Assembly (NCBI RefSeq): GCF_048551375.1 | Contig: NZ_JBLYZJ010000006.1 | Span: 80,051 to 144,050, forward strand | Source of the DNA: Moraxella sp. TY6 | Lineage (GTDB): Bacteria > Pseudomonadota > Gammaproteobacteria > Pseudomonadales > Moraxellaceae | Length of the DNA: 64,000 nucleotides | Direction of reading: 5' to 3' | Part shown: one piece after another, positions 50,912 through 63,182 of the stretch | How the letters are laid out: each line of letters opens with the position of its first letter | How positions within the stretch are numbered: the first letter of the stretch is position 1 | Position numbers and translations under genes: made by a program | Notes under the pieces: generated by a model | The model's database searches: none | What the model saw: the letters and a program-made list of their open reading frames with translations, nothing else | What the model was told of the DNA's origin: nothing

Positions 50912-51364
50912 ATGACTCAAAAATCTGTTTTAGTGGATGCTAATATTTTAATTGCCATGATTGATGGTGATAATACAAACCCAAATCACGTTGAAGCAAA
51001 ACAAAAATTTAATGATTTGATAGAGCAAAATGTTGCCATTGCCATTACGCCTTTGATTCGTTATGAAGTGTTGCGTGGTATAAAAAGCATTTCGATTGAT
51101 GAAGCCCAAGCGATTTTAGACGATTTTGTTGAGTTTAACATCACGGATAAAGAAGCCAATCCATCCGCTAAAATTTTCCATTTCAGCCGAAGTGATGATT
51201 TTTTGGCAAAAAATACAGGGATTAAATTAGACAAACAAAACTTTGACGTATTTCATTACGTTGTTGCCAAGATTCGTCATTTAGAACTGGTCAATGTGAA
51301 TCAAAAAGACTTTAACAAAATTGAAAATGTGATTGATTTAATGCCAAATTCCCCATTTGAGTAA
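50912..51364 (+). CDS. PIN-domain (VapC-like) nuclease
   Basis: 150 aa; [11 protein letters not shown]-terminal acidic motif, later conserved E, and [10 protein letters not shown]-terminal PIN motif. Confidence 0.6.
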   Translation: MTQKSVLVDANILIAMIDGDNTNPNHVEAKQKFNDLIEQNVAIAITPLIRYEVLRGIKSISIDEAQAILDDFVEFNITDKEANPSAKIFHFSRSDDFLAKNTGIKLDKQNFDVFHYVVAKIRHLELVNVNQKDFNKIENVIDLMPNSPFE

Positions 51365-51384
51365 TTGAGAGTGAGAGAGTAACC

Positions 51385-54300
51385 ATGCCAAAACGTACAG
51401 ATATCAAATCCATCTTAATCATCGGTGCAGGTCCAATCGTCATCGGACAAGCCTGTGAATTCGACTACTCAGGTGCTCAAGCCTGTAAAGCCTTGCGTGA
51501 AGAAGGCTACCGAGTCATTCTCGTCAACTCAAACCCAGCCACCATCATGACCGACCCTGTCATGGCGGATGCCACCTACATCGAGCCGATTACATGGCAA
51601 ACCGTTGAGCGTATCATCGAAAAAGAACGCCCAGATGCCATCTTGCCAACCATGGGCGGACAGACCGCACTTAACTGTGCGTTAGACCTTGATAAACATG
51701 GCGTATTGGCAAAATACGGCTGTGAGCTAATCGGTGCGACCAAAGATGCCATCGAAAAAGCCGAAGACCGTGACCTATTCGACAAAGCCATGAAAAAAAT
51801 CGGCTTAGAATGTCCTCGTGCCGAAGTCGCAGGCAATATGCAAGAAGCCTTTGAAATCCAAGCCAAAGTCGGCTTCCCTTGTATCATTCGTCCATCATTC
51901 ACCATGGGCGGTTCGGGCGGTGGTATCGCTTACAACCGTGACGAATTTGTCGAGATTTGCGAACGTGGTTTTGACCTGTCGCCGACCAAACAGCTATTGA
52001 TTGACGAAAGCTTAATCGGCTGGAAAGAATACGAAATGGAAGTCGTGCGTGACAAAAACGACAACTGTATCATCATCTGTTCAATTGAAAACTTCGACCC
52101 AATGGGCGTACACACAGGCGACTCGATTACCGTTGCCCCTGCTCAGACTTTGACCGACAAAGAATACCAAATCATGCGAAATGCCTCGATTGCGGTATTG
52201 CGTGAGATTGGCGTGGAAACAGGCGGTTCAAACGTCCAGTTTGGCATCGACCCAAAAACAGGGCGTATGGTTGTCATCGAGATGAACCCTCGTGTTAGCC
52301 GTTCTTCTGCGTTAGCGTCTAAGGCGACTGGCTTTCCGATTGCCAAAATCGCTGCCAAACTCGCCGTTGGTTACACGCTTGATGAACTCAAAAACGACAT
52401 CACAGGCGGTAAAACCCCAGCCAGTTTTGAGCCATCAATTGACTATGTGGTGACCAAAGTACCTCGTTTTAACTTTGAAAAATTCCCACAAGCCGATAAC
52501 ACGCTATCAACGCAAATGAAGTCAGTCGGTGAAGTCATGGCGATTGGGCGTAATTTCCAAGAGTCGATGCAAAAAGCCTTGCGTGGGCTTGAGATTGGCG
52601 TGAATGGTTTTGATGAGTATTTGGATTTAAACCAAGATACTGACAGCATTCGTAGTACACTGAAAGTTAAACTAAAAACCCCGACCCCAGAGCGTATTTT
52701 CTACGTTGCCGATGCGTTCCGCTTTGGCATGAGTGTGGATGAGGTGTTTAACTTTACCAACATTGACCCTTGGTTCTTGGTACAAATCGAAGACATCGTT
52801 AAAACCGAAAAACAAGTCAAAGAAACGGGCTTTGGTGGTTTGACAGCCGATGTGTTACGTGCGTTTAAACGTAAAGGTTTATCAGATTTACGCCTTGCTA
52901 CCTTACTTGGTATTTCACAAAAACAACTGCGTAAAAAGCGTTGGGATTTGGGCGTTTATCCTGTTTATAAACGTGTCGATACTTGTGCCGCCGAGTTTGA
53001 AACTTCAACCGCTTATATGTACTCAAGCTATGACGATGAGTGCGAAGCACAGCCGACCAATAACAAAAAAATCATGGTCATCGGTGGTGGCCCAAACCGT
53101 ATCGGACAAGGCATTGAGTTTGATTATTGCTGTGTGCATGCGGCATTGGCAATGCGTGAAGACGGTTATGAAACCATCATGGTGAACTGTAACCCAGAAA
53201 CCGTTTCGACCGATTATGATACCTCTGACCGTCTATATTTTGAGCCGATTACCCTTGAAGATGTACTAGAAATCGTACGTATCGAAAAACCTGAAGGCGT
53301 GATTGTGCAGTATGGTGGTCAAACGCCATTGAAACTTGCTCGTGCCTTAGAAGCCGCAGGTGTGCATATCATCGGTACTAGCCCAGATGCCATCGACCGT
53401 GCCGAAGACCGTGAACGCTTCCAACACATGATTAACCAGTTAGGCTTTACTCAGCCACCCAATGCGTTGGCGACCAGTACCGAAGACGGTATTGTCAAAG
53501 CCGAAAAAGTCGGCTATCCGCTGGTGGTGCGTCCTTCGTATGTGTTGGGCGGTCGTGCCATGGAAATCGTGTATAACGAAAGCGAACTCCGCCGTTACTT
53601 GCGTGAGGCGGTACAAGCCTCGAATGAAGCCCCTGTGCTACTTGACCGCTTCCTTGATGATGCGATTGAGGTCGATGTGGATTGTATCTCGGACGGCACA
53701 AACGTGGTGATTGGCGGTATCATGCAACATATCGAACAGGCAGGCGTGCATTCTGGCGACTCGGCTTGCTCGATTCCGCCTTATTCGCTCGGTCAAGAGA
53801 TTTGTGATGTCATGCGTGAGCAAACGGTGGCAATGGCAAAAGAGCTTGGCGTGGTCGGCTTGATGAACGTGCAATATGCGGTCAAAGACGGCGTGGTGTA
53901 TATCCTTGAGGTCAATCCTCGTGCCTCTCGTACCGTGCCTTTTGTGTCAAAATGTATCGGCACATCGCTTGCCCAAGTCGCCGCTCGCTGTATGGCAGGC
54001 AAAACCTTGGCAGAGCAAGGCTTTACCCAAGAGGTGATTCCAAGTTTCTTTGCGGTCAAAGAGGCAGTATTCCCATTTGCCAAGTTTCCGGGGGTTGACC
54101 CAATCCTTAGCCCAGAGATGAAATCAACGGGTGAAGTCATGGGCGTGGGTCAGACCTTTGGCGAAGCGTATTATAAAGCTATCATCGGTAGTAATGACCG
54201 CTTACCTGGTTTGCCAGTTGATGGTGAAGTGAAAAAAGTCTTCCTATCGGTGCGTGATAGTGATAAAGCCAACTTAATTCCGATTGCCAAACAATTCATC

Positions 54301-54627
54301 GAATATGGCTTTGGATTGGTTGCCACAGGCGGTACGCATCAAGTATTAAGCGATGCTGGATTGGCATGTGAAAAAGTCAACAAAGTCAATGAAGGTCGCC
54401 CACATATTGTTGATGCCATCAAAAATGGTGAAATTGCCATTGTGGTAAACACTACTGAAGGCAAACAAGCCCACGAAGATTCGTTCTCAATTCGCCGTAG
54501 TGCCTTGCAACACAAAGTGTTTAATGTGACAACGCTCAATGCGGCGGCGGCGGTGGCGGAAGCCTATAAAGTACAATTGCCGTTTGAAGTATATAAATTG
54601 CAAGAATTGCACGCTCAAGCGAAATAA
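51385..54627 (+). CDS. carB: carbamoyl-phosphate synthase large subunit
   Basis: 1080 aa; duplicated ATP-grasp halves, unmistakable CarB sequence. Confidence 0.97.
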   Translation: MPKRTDIKSILIIGAGPIVIGQACEFDYSGAQACKALREEGYRVILVNSNPATIMTDPVMADATYIEPITWQTVERIIEKERPDAILPTMGGQTALNCALDLDKHGVLAKYGCELIGATKDAIEKAEDRDLFDKAMKKIGLECPRAEVAGNMQEAFEIQAKVGFPCIIRPSFTMGGSGGGIAYNRDEFVEICERGFDLSPTKQLLIDESLIGWKEYEMEVVRDKNDNCIIICSIENFDPMGVHTGDSITVAPAQTLTDKEYQIMRNASIAVLREIGVETGGSNVQFGIDPKTGRMVVIEMNPRVSRSSALASKATGFPIAKIAAKLAVGYTLDELKNDITGGKTPASFEPSIDYVVTKVPRFNFEKFPQADNTLSTQMKSVGEVMAIGRNFQESMQKALRGLEIGVNGFDEYLDLNQDTDSIRSTLKVKLKTPTPERIFYVADAFRFGMSVDEVFNFTNIDPWFLVQIEDIVKTEKQVKETGFGGLTADVLRAFKRKGLSDLRLATLLGISQKQLRKKRWDLGVYPVYKRVDTCAAEFETSTAYMYSSYDDECEAQPTNNKKIMVIGGGPNRIGQGIEFDYCCVHAALAMREDGYETIMVNCNPETVSTDYDTSDRLYFEPITLEDVLEIVRIEKPEGVIVQYGGQTPLKLARALEAAGVHIIGTSPDAIDRAEDRERFQHMINQLGFTQPPNALATSTEDGIVKAEKVGYPLVVRPSYVLGGRAMEIVYNESELRRYLREAVQASNEAPVLLDRFLDDAIEVDVDCISDGTNVVIGGIMQHIEQAGVHSGDSACSIPPYSLGQEICDVMREQTVAMAKELGVVGLMNVQYAVKDGVVYILEVNPRASRTVPFVSKCIGTSLAQVAARCMAGKTLAEQGFTQEVIPSFFAVKEAVFPFAKFPGVDPILSPEMKSTGEVMGVGQTFGEAYYKAIIGSNDRLPGLPVDGEVKKVFLSVRDSDKANLIPIAKQFIEYGFGLVATGGTHQVLSDAGLACEKVNKVNEGRPHIVDAIKNGEIAIVVNTTEGKQAHEDSFSIRRSALQHKVFNVTTLNAAAAVAEAYKVQLPFEVYKLQELHAQAK

Positions 54628-54650
54628 GCGTTCATTGTACTTTTCTAAAT

Positions 54651-54684
54651 AAAAAGCCAATGATTGATATTATTGGCTTTTTCG
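54651..54684 (+). terminator. rho-independent terminator after carB
   Basis: aaaagccaatgattgatattattggcttttt. Confidence 0.65.
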
Positions 54685-54905
54685 ATGGATTGAAACAATA
54701 ATCAGTTGCATTTTATCCAAAAATTGCTACAATAGCCCCATTAAACGGTTTGACCGTTCACAGCGAAATTTAACGACCCTGCTAGGTGGTAATACTGCCT
54801 AGCATGGTTTTTTTTATACGTAAGAAAACTATGCAGAAAAGCCACGCAACATTTTTTGCCACCTTGCGTATATTTTGACCTGTATATTTTTGACAAGGAA
54901 ATCTT

Positions 54906-55382
54906 ATGCAACGTTATCCCATGACCCCACAAGGTCACGCTTCGCTCGAAGAAGAGCTAAAACAGCTCAAAACCGTTGACCGCCCACGCATTACCGCCGC
55001 CATTGCCGAAGCTCGTGAACATGGCGACCTAAAAGAAAACGCCGAATACCACGCCGCCCGTGAACAGCAAGGCTTTTGCGAGGCTCGTATCCGTGATATC
55101 GAAGCTAAACTAGGCGGTGCTGAAGTCATCGACCCACTCAAAATCCCTCAAGATGGGCGTGTGGTGTTTGGCGTGACCGTGGTCATCGAAAACCTTGACA
55201 CCGAAGAGCAAAAAACCTATAAAATCGTAGGCGATGATGAGGCGGATTTTAAAGCCAATAAAATCTCAATCAACTCACCCATTGCTCGTGGTTTGATTGG
55301 CAAATCCGAAGGCGATGAAGCCAAAATCGAAACCCCAAGTGGCACAGTAGAATACGAAATCGTTAAGATTTTATACCAATAA
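54906..55382 (+). CDS. greA: transcription elongation factor GreA
   Basis: 158 aa; [16 protein letters not shown] motif. Confidence 0.95.
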   Translation: MQRYPMTPQGHASLEEELKQLKTVDRPRITAAIAEAREHGDLKENAEYHAAREQQGFCEARIRDIEAKLGGAEVIDPLKIPQDGRVVFGVTVVIENLDTEEQKTYKIVGDDEADFKANKISINSPIARGLIGKSEGDEAKIETPSGTVEYEIVKILYQ

Positions 55383-55396
55383 GACACTGCCAAATA

Positions 55397-55432
55397 AAAA
55401 ATCCAGTTACGATTAACTGGATTTTTTATTTA
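55397..55432 (+). terminator. rho-independent terminator after greA
   Basis: aaaaaatccagttacgattaactggattttttattt. Confidence 0.7.
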
Positions 55433-55529
55433 ATGGTTTATTATCAAATTGGCTCAAAAAGCCCCAGCAAAAATGTTACAATACCCCACGCTTTAGTGAC
55501 ATATTTACCTTATTTTTATTGTTAGATAA

Positions 55530-56885
<1,356 letters not shown>

Positions 56886-56927
56886 GATTGCTTACACCCT
56901 TTTAGGATTATAACTGCTTTAAGTTTT

Positions 56928-57050
56928 AATCCCCCCTTGCGGAATATATTCCTCACCTTTTTTAAAGGGGGACTTCACCTCCGTTTTAGTCTAATTTATG
57001 GCGGTGTAGCCCCCTCTTTCATAAAGAAGGGGTTGGGGGAGATTAAAGGG
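56928..57050. repeat. ~120-bp repeat, family 3
   Basis: near-identical to 11464-11585. Confidence 0.8.
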
Positions 57051-57066
57051 AATTACCCTTTTTTAT

Positions 57067-57609
57067 TTAATCATTGGTATGGAATAACAAAAACAATTCC
57101 ACGACATTTTTCTCAATGGCTTCTGCCATTTGGCTCATGGTATCTGGGTCTTTCATCAACTCAACCATATCAGGCTCTTCGGCATCAATCCCACTAAACA
57201 ACACCATCGGCAAGGTCAACATCGCCACATCTTCTTGGGTGTCTTCATCGCTAAACCAATCCGCCTCTTCATCTTCGCTGGCATACATCGCATCAACAAA
57301 ACCCACTGACCATTCACCCACATCCGACTCAATGACATCATCATAATCAATGTCTTCGATATCAAATGGTAATTCAATCTCACGCTCATCTTGTAGCGTG
57401 GCTTTTAGCTCATCTCGCCATGCTGTCAATGCGTCAAGTACCGCAGGTTTGACCTGTTTTTGATGCCCTTCAAATAAAAAATCTTGCCAATCTTTGAGTG
57501 GCTTGCCCACGATAGAGGCAGTCAAAAAACCATGCGTAGCGATACTTGGCATACCAAATTCGTTGTCATCGCTATCCAAAAAATCCATTAAATCATCAAA
57601 GTTCATCAT
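57067..57609 (-). CDS. UPF0149/YgfB-like acidic protein
   Basis: 180 aa, weak family resemblance. Confidence 0.45.
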   Translation of the reverse strand: MMNFDDLMDFLDSDDNEFGMPSIATHGFLTASIVGKPLKDWQDFLFEGHQKQVKPAVLDALTAWRDELKATLQDEREIELPFDIEDIDYDDVIESDVGEWSVGFVDAMYASEDEEADWFSDEDTQEDVAMLTLPMVLFSGIDAEEPDMVELMKDPDTMSQMAEAIEKNVVELFLLFHTND

Positions 57610-57655
57610 TGTTATTTACCTTTGGTTATGTCAGTTGGTGATGACTAAGTTCGCA

Positions 57656-57907
57656 TTAGTCATCAAAATCATCATCGTCCCAGTCATCGTCATCATCTAG
57701 GTCGTCTAAGTCTTTATCAAAATCGTCAAAACCGTCTTTGAGTGAGCGTTCAAGACGTTTTTCTTCTAATAAATTGTCAATCAATCGTCTTTTTTCAAGA
57801 CTGCTCGCACGCCCTCGACCTGATGCGTCATCATCTGCCAGTCGTGCGTCATCATCATCATCAAAGCTTTCGTCTTCAAATCCGTCTTCTAAATCCGTGT
57901 CTGCCAT
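57656..57907 (-). CDS. small highly acidic protein (Asp/Glu-rich)
   Basis: 83 aa, more than 45% D/E including a DDLDDDDDWDDDDFDD tail. Confidence 0.4.
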   Translation of the reverse strand: MADTDLEDGFEDESFDDDDDARLADDDASGRGRASSLEKRRLIDNLLEEKRLERSLKDGFDDFDKDLDDLDDDDDWDDDDFDD

Positions 57908-58011
57908 AAGTGTGCCTCCGTCATGTCGTGTGCAAAAGTTTTAGCAAAGTTTTGATTTATACAGCCTTATAATGGCTTTAATCTGATAAGTCAAGTATTT
58001 TTTGGATTGGG

Positions 58012-59433
58012 TTATGATGATTTGTCCATATTGTCCGTGTCACTACTGGTCAAAATCGTATCTCGTTTCTCAATCATTTCTTTCATCAAAATAGCAGATA
58101 AGCCTTGATACAGCAGAGCTTCACGTTCGATGACACTGGTAGGATGTTTGATATTTTTGAGCTGTACTTGCCCATCGAGGGTTTTTAGCAAGGGTTGTGG
58201 GTACAATAACAGTAAACCATCTTCTTTGCCATGATTTGCCATCAATTGATGGATGGCATCATATTGTTGGTTGAGGCTCGCACCGACATGAATGGGCAAG
58301 GCAAAACGTGACAGTTCACGGTGTTTTTCGTACACCACTTGATTGACCATAATCACCAATTTGGCAAGCAATACCGATGCCAAAGGAAGCTGTTCGGCTT
58401 TACCGCTTAAATGCACCACTGCCCCTTGGGTGCTAAAGTGCGAAACTTGGGTAAGTTTGACATCTTTGATATAGCGATTGATGAGGGCGTGGCTATGCTC
58501 AAACAGGCTTTCTGCGGTACGAGCAAATAGTTGGTCACAAAGGCGTAGATACGGATTGGCAAGCTCTGGTGCGACACGATCCAGCAAATGAAATTCATCA
58601 AAAAAGCAAATTTGCATTTGAATTTGGGCATATTGATTATAAGCTGGCACGATGACATTGGGCGAAACGCTAGGTTGGGCAGTGGTTTGGTAGATATTGG
58701 GTGCGTCATTCTCCGCTGTGTGCAGTTCACTGGCGAAGGATTGCGTGTCATCAAGTGTGCTATCGCTGTCGGTTTGGTTTTTATTGGGGTATAAAAAGTC
58801 GGTAATCGAACGGCTATCTTGCTCAACTGACAGTGCTTCTTCACTCGATGGCTGTGGGTCTGCCACACCTGTTGTCGCCATGTTTTCATTGTTGATTCGA
58901 GCCAAAGCAAGGCGTTGTTGGACTTTTTCACCCAATTGCTCAAGCTGTTGACGGGTGGGGCGTGCCAAATACCCATAAATCAACCACAAAAACCCATGTA
59001 AAATCGCCGAACCCAACAAAAATAACCATTGCCCACTGATGATTTCACCTTTAGAAACGGCTTTCATGGTGACACTGGCATAGCCTAAAAGTTGATTATT
59101 TTGGATAATATTATCTTCAATCACTTGACCTGTTTCGGTTTGTGATTGTCCGATTTGTACCAATGTTTGTTTATTTTGGTCGCTGATGACCAGTTTGGCG
59201 ATATCATTATCGACTTGATAGCGATTGGCTAATACGCTTAGGCTAATTCGGTCTTGATTGGCAATTGCCGTCATGGATTCTTTGCCCAATTGCTCGACAA
59301 TTTTTTCACCTTTATCGGTGCGGTATTCATATTGTTGTTTTTCAGTGCTAAATACTAACATGATGATATTTAGGCAAAAACTAATCAATAATATAATGGC
59401 AAAAATGCCTTGGCGTGGGGCAAGATAATTCAT
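58012..59433 (-). CDS. membrane-anchored hypothetical protein (possibly AhpA/YtjB-like N-terminus), divergent from serB
   Basis: start placed at ATG 59433 (MNYLAPRQGIFAIILL..), since the longer ORF would overlap serB; one TM near the N-terminus. Confidence 0.45.
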   Translation of the reverse strand: MNYLAPRQGIFAIILLISFCLNIIMLVFSTEKQQYEYRTDKGEKIVEQLGKESMTAIANQDRISLSVLANRYQVDNDIAKLVISDQNKQTLVQIGQSQTETGQVIEDNIIQNNQLLGYASVTMKAVSKGEIISGQWLFLLGSAILHGFLWLIYGYLARPTRQQLEQLGEKVQQRLALARINNENMATTGVADPQPSSEEALSVEQDSRSITDFLYPNKNQTDSDSTLDDTQSFASELHTAENDAPNIYQTTAQPSVSPNVIVPAYNQYAQIQMQICFFDEFHLLDRVAPELANPYLRLCDQLFARTAESLFEHSHALINRYIKDVKLTQVSHFSTQGAVVHLSGKAEQLPLASVLLAKLVIMVNQVVYEKHRELSRFALPIHVGASLNQQYDAIHQLMANHGKEDGLLLLYPQPLLKTLDGQVQLKNIKHPTSVIEREALLYQGLSAILMKEMIEKRDTILTSSDTDNMDKSS

Positions 59434-59514
59434 GGGTATAATAAACTTTCTTTGGCGATAATTAAATGCTACATTATCATGTTTATTTTTTTGACGCACA
59501 AGGGGCAAATACAC

Positions 59515-60507
59515 ATGACGGCAAATTTTTTGCATAAAATTGAGGCTCAATCACCCAATAGTTGGGTTTTGACACTGACCACTGCCAAACTTGAACTGGG
59601 AACACTGGCGAAAGTCAGTCATTTATTAGCCACGCATTATCCCAGTTTACGTATTGTTGAGCAGACCACCTTGGTGAGCGAGCAAGATTGGCATGCCAAT
59701 GCAAGGTTGGCACAAGCCGAGCAAGTCAGCCCTGTGACCTGTGTACGCTGGGTATTGACAGGCGATGTCAGCCATGCCGACCAAGTTTGTCAAACCATCA
59801 AACAGGTGTTTCATCAAGCCAATTTGGGGCATATTGACGTTAATATCATGCCGTTGGCGACCTATCTAAGTCCGCATAAATTGGCGTTATTTGACATGGA
59901 TTCGACCTTGATTGAGCAAGAGGTGATTGTTGAGCTTGCCAAAAAAGCAGGCATTGGCGAACAGGTCAATATCATCACTGAATCTGCGATGCGTGGTGAG
60001 ATTGATTTTAATGAAAGCTTTACTCGCCGTGTCGCCTTGCTTAAAGGCTTGGATAGTGCGGTATTAGAGGATATCATTGCCAATCATATTAGCTTTAGCC
60101 TTGGGGCAAAACGCCTAATCACTGCCCTTAAAGCCAACGGTTATTATGTGGTATTGGTGTCAGGTGGGTTTAATTATTTTGCTGAATATGTCAAAACCGA
60201 ACTTGGCATTGATGAAATTTATGCCAATGATTTAGATATTGTCGATGGGAAAGTCACAGGCGAAATCACCTCGCCAATTGTCGATGGTAACCGCAAAGCC
60301 GAAATCTTACAAACCGTGGCAAAACGTTTAAATATTGAGTTATCCCAAACCGTGGCGGTAGGCGATGGGGCGAATGATTTACCGATGCTAGGTCTTGCTG
60401 ATATCGGCATCGCCTATCGTGCCAAACCTGTGGTACGTGAACAAGCGGACTATGCAGTGACCGTGGCAGGACTGGATGGGGTGATGGCGATTTTGGGGTT
60501 AAAATAA
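59515..60507 (+). CDS. serB: phosphoserine phosphatase
   Basis: HAD motif LALFDMDSTLI, 330 aa from ATG 59515. Confidence 0.88.
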   Translation: MTANFLHKIEAQSPNSWVLTLTTAKLELGTLAKVSHLLATHYPSLRIVEQTTLVSEQDWHANARLAQAEQVSPVTCVRWVLTGDVSHADQVCQTIKQVFHQANLGHIDVNIMPLATYLSPHKLALFDMDSTLIEQEVIVELAKKAGIGEQVNIITESAMRGEIDFNESFTRRVALLKGLDSAVLEDIIANHISFSLGAKRLITALKANGYYVVLVSGGFNYFAEYVKTELGIDEIYANDLDIVDGKVTGEITSPIVDGNRKAEILQTVAKRLNIELSQTVAVGDGANDLPMLGLADIGIAYRAKPVVREQADYAVTVAGLDGVMAILGLK

Positions 60508-60510
60508 ATA

Positions 60511-60543
60511 AAAAAGCCAGATTATAAGAATCTGGCTTTTTAC
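60511..60543 (+). terminator. rho-independent terminator after serB
   Basis: aaaaaagccagattataagaatctggcttttt. Confidence 0.7.
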
Positions 60544-60654
60544 AAATTTAACAACGTTTTACAATCTTGGGCGTATGCAATACGCCCCTACAGAACGGAT
60601 GTTATTTCTAATTAATAGGACTTACGCAATTTTGGATAACTTTGCAAATAAAAA

Positions 60655-60741
60655 AGACGCTAGTTCCCTGCCTTCGCAGGGGTGACGAGTAATTAAAATC
60701 TTTGTCGTCATTCCTGCGTATGCAGGAATCCAGTGTCTTTT
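60655..60741. repeat. MITE-like intergenic repeat, family 2
   Basis: gacgctagttccctgccttcgcaggggtgacgagtaattaaaat..tcgtcattcctgcgtatgcaggaatccagtgtc. Confidence 0.75.
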
Positions 60742-60773
60742 GCGTAAGTCCTAATTAAAAATAATGCCACCCA

Positions 60774-61499
60774 TTAATTCATCGGTACGCCAATACGTTG
60801 GGCAACTTCTTCATAGCCTTCAATCACATCACCAAGGCTTTGACGGAAACGGTCTTTGTCGAGTTTTTTCTTGGTTTCTTTATCCCAAACACGGCATCCA
60901 TCTGGCGAAAATTCATCACCCAATACGATACGGTCTTTGAATAGACCAAACTCAAGTTTGAAATCTACCAACATCAATCCGCCTGCATCAAACAGTTGTG
61001 ATAGCACGTCATTGACTTTATAGGTTAAGGCTTTCATTTCGGCAAGTTGAGCTTCGGTCGCCCAGCCCAATGCAATGGCTTGCGATTCGTTGACCATTGG
61101 GTCGCCTAACGCATCATCTTTAAAAAACAATTCAAAAGTTGGTGGGGTCAGTGCTTTACCCTCTTCTAGACCTAAACGGCGTACCAATGAACCTGCGGCA
61201 TAGTTACGCACCACACATTCAACAGGAATCATTTTTAGGCGTTTGACCAATACTTCGCTGTCGCTGAGTTGCTTTTCAAAGTGGGTTTCGATACCTGCCT
61301 CGGCAAGCTTTTGCATGATATAGGCATTAAAGCGGTTATTGACTTGACCTTTACGAGCCAATTGTTCGATACGTTCGCCATTGAATGCCGAAGTATCGTC
61401 ACGAAACTCCAATACAAGGTAGTCTGGGTCTTGGGTTTCAAATACCGATTTGGCTTTACCTTTATAAAGCAGTTGTTGTTTTTGCATGGGTTTTTCCAC
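60774..61499 (-). CDS. purC: SAICAR synthetase
   Basis: 241 aa; [11 protein letters not shown].. PurC N-terminus. Confidence 0.95.
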   Translation of the reverse strand: MEKPMQKQQLLYKGKAKSVFETQDPDYLVLEFRDDTSAFNGERIEQLARKGQVNNRFNAYIMQKLAEAGIETHFEKQLSDSEVLVKRLKMIPVECVVRNYAAGSLVRRLGLEEGKALTPPTFELFFKDDALGDPMVNESQAIALGWATEAQLAEMKALTYKVNDVLSQLFDAGGLMLVDFKLEFGLFKDRIVLGDEFSPDGCRVWDKETKKKLDKDRFRQSLGDVIEGYEEVAQRIGVPMN

Positions 61500-61541
61500 C
61501 AGAGTTTGTATAAAAAATGGGTTATTTGGAAAAGGAATTAA

Positions 61542-61829
61542 TTATTTAACGGTACTAATGGGTTTTGGCAATACAAAACGCTTGCCTTGTTCGCCTGTCA
61601 ATTTTAGGGTGTTTTCACCAGATTCAGGCACTTGGTACATTGGCACAAAAGGATAGGTTTGGCTATCCGCAGGCAGTTGCACAGGGGCAAGTTTTTGGGT
61701 TTTGGTATAGTCCAAAGAGTTATCGCCCACTTTGTGTTTAAAGGTCGAGCAACCTGTGGTCGCCAATACGAGGCTGACCAAGCCGATACCCATGAAGTTG
61801 TTTGTCATAGCGTTCATAACCTGTTTCAT
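61542..61829 (-). CDS. small lipoprotein (signal peptide + lipobox LATTGC)
   Basis: 95 aa; occupies the bamC position between dapA and purC. Confidence 0.55.
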   Translation of the reverse strand: MKQVMNAMTNNFMGIGLVSLVLATTGCSTFKHKVGDNSLDYTKTQKLAPVQLPADSQTYPFVPMYQVPESGENTLKLTGEQGKRFVLPKPISTVK

Positions 61830-62719
61830 AATAGCCCTGCCTGTGCTAAGTCGGCATCAATGGTGGCGTGATATTGCTCAGACAGCCATGTCAACGGCAA
61901 GCGGATGCCTGATTCGATACGCCCCATTTTATGTAAGGCATATTTGACAGGAATTGGGCTAGACTCGATAAATAAATCTTTGTGTAAATGTGCCAAGGTT
62001 TTGTCCAATGCTTCGGCTTTATCAAACTCACCTTTTAGGGCTAAGTCATACACTTGCCCCATGATTTGTGGTGCGATGTTGGCAGTGACCGAAATATTAC
62101 CTTTTGCCCCATGTTTCATCAGTTGCAAGGCGGTGGCATCATCCCCTGATAGTACGGTCATCCGCCCTTTGATGGCTTCGATGAGTTTCGCCCCACGAGC
62201 GACATCGCCTGTGGCATCTTTAATCGAAACGATATTTTCGATATCTGCCAAACGCTCCACGGTGGCTTGCTGAACATCAACAATGGTACGCCCCGGTACA
62301 TTATACAACACTTGTGGAATATCCACCGCTTCAGCAATGGCTTTATAATGTTGATAAATACCTTCTTGGGTCGGTTTGTTGTAGTAAGGTGCAACCAATA
62401 ATACGGCATCCGCCCCTGCTTGTTTGGCGTGCTGGGTCAATTCGATGGCTTCTAGGGTATTATTCGCCCCTGTACCAGCCATGACAGGCACTCGTCCATT
62501 CACTTGCTTGATATAAAATTCGATGACATCCGCATGCTCTTGCATGGAAAGGGTGGCAGATTCGCCTGTCGTGCCGACAGCCACTAGCACCTTTGTGCCT
62601 TGTTCAATTTGCCAATCGATAAGGGTGGCTAATGATTGCCAATCTACGTCCCCATTGCTGTGCATGGGCGTAATTAAAGCAACCATCGAACCTTGCAATC
62701 TTTCTTGAATGGTTGTCAT
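61826..62719 (-). CDS. dapA: 4-hydroxy-tetrahydrodipicolinate synthase
   Basis: 297 aa; GSMVALITPM, VAVGTTGES motifs. Confidence 0.95.
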   Translation of the reverse strand: MTTIQERLQGSMVALITPMHSNGDVDWQSLATLIDWQIEQGTKVLVAVGTTGESATLSMQEHADVIEFYIKQVNGRVPVMAGTGANNTLEAIELTQHAKQAGADAVLLVAPYYNKPTQEGIYQHYKAIAEAVDIPQVLYNVPGRTIVDVQQATVERLADIENIVSIKDATGDVARGAKLIEAIKGRMTVLSGDDATALQLMKHGAKGNISVTANIAPQIMGQVYDLALKGEFDKAEALDKTLAHLHKDLFIESSPIPVKYALHKMGRIESGIRLPLTWLSEQYHATIDADLAQAGLL

Positions 62720-63033
62720 AGCTGAATACCTTTTATACTATAGGGCTTTATTTTTCCAATAACATCATTATTACACCAAATTATGGCGAGTAGTTTACCA
62801 CAAAATATCGCCATAGTTTAAGCGTTATTGTGCAAGCATGTGGATAATTGCCAACGCCCCTCCCAAATCGCCAAAAAATGGTAGCATACCGTCACCTTTA
62901 TCTGAAACTATTGCTCAAAAAATGGTATCATCAGACGACACTATCAATCATTTATGTTGGGTCTGATACTTTGACCCAAATCTACAAATAACACTTTTGT
63001 GTAAAACCTAATATCGAATCCAAAATTTAAAGT

Positions 63034-63107
63034 CGTAGGGGCGTAATGCTTACGCCCTATTTTAAGATTTCAAATATTGGGCTTATGCAATAAGCCCCTA
63101 CAATACG
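63034..63107. repeat. REP/MITE-like composite hairpin repeat, family 1
   Basis: gtaggggcgtaatgcttacgccc...gggcttatgcaataagcccctac; mirror arrangement of 6451-6525. Confidence 0.7.
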
Positions 63108-63182
63108 ATATTTATTGGATTTGTGATAATTTAGAAATTATGCAAAAATGCCATCATACCGCATATTTTAGGGACAGCTAAT

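Noticed and set aside
58407-58976. 189-aa ORF overlapping the 58012-59433 gene in another frame
   Set aside because: Same strand but an alternative frame inside the longer ORF. No motif or start context.
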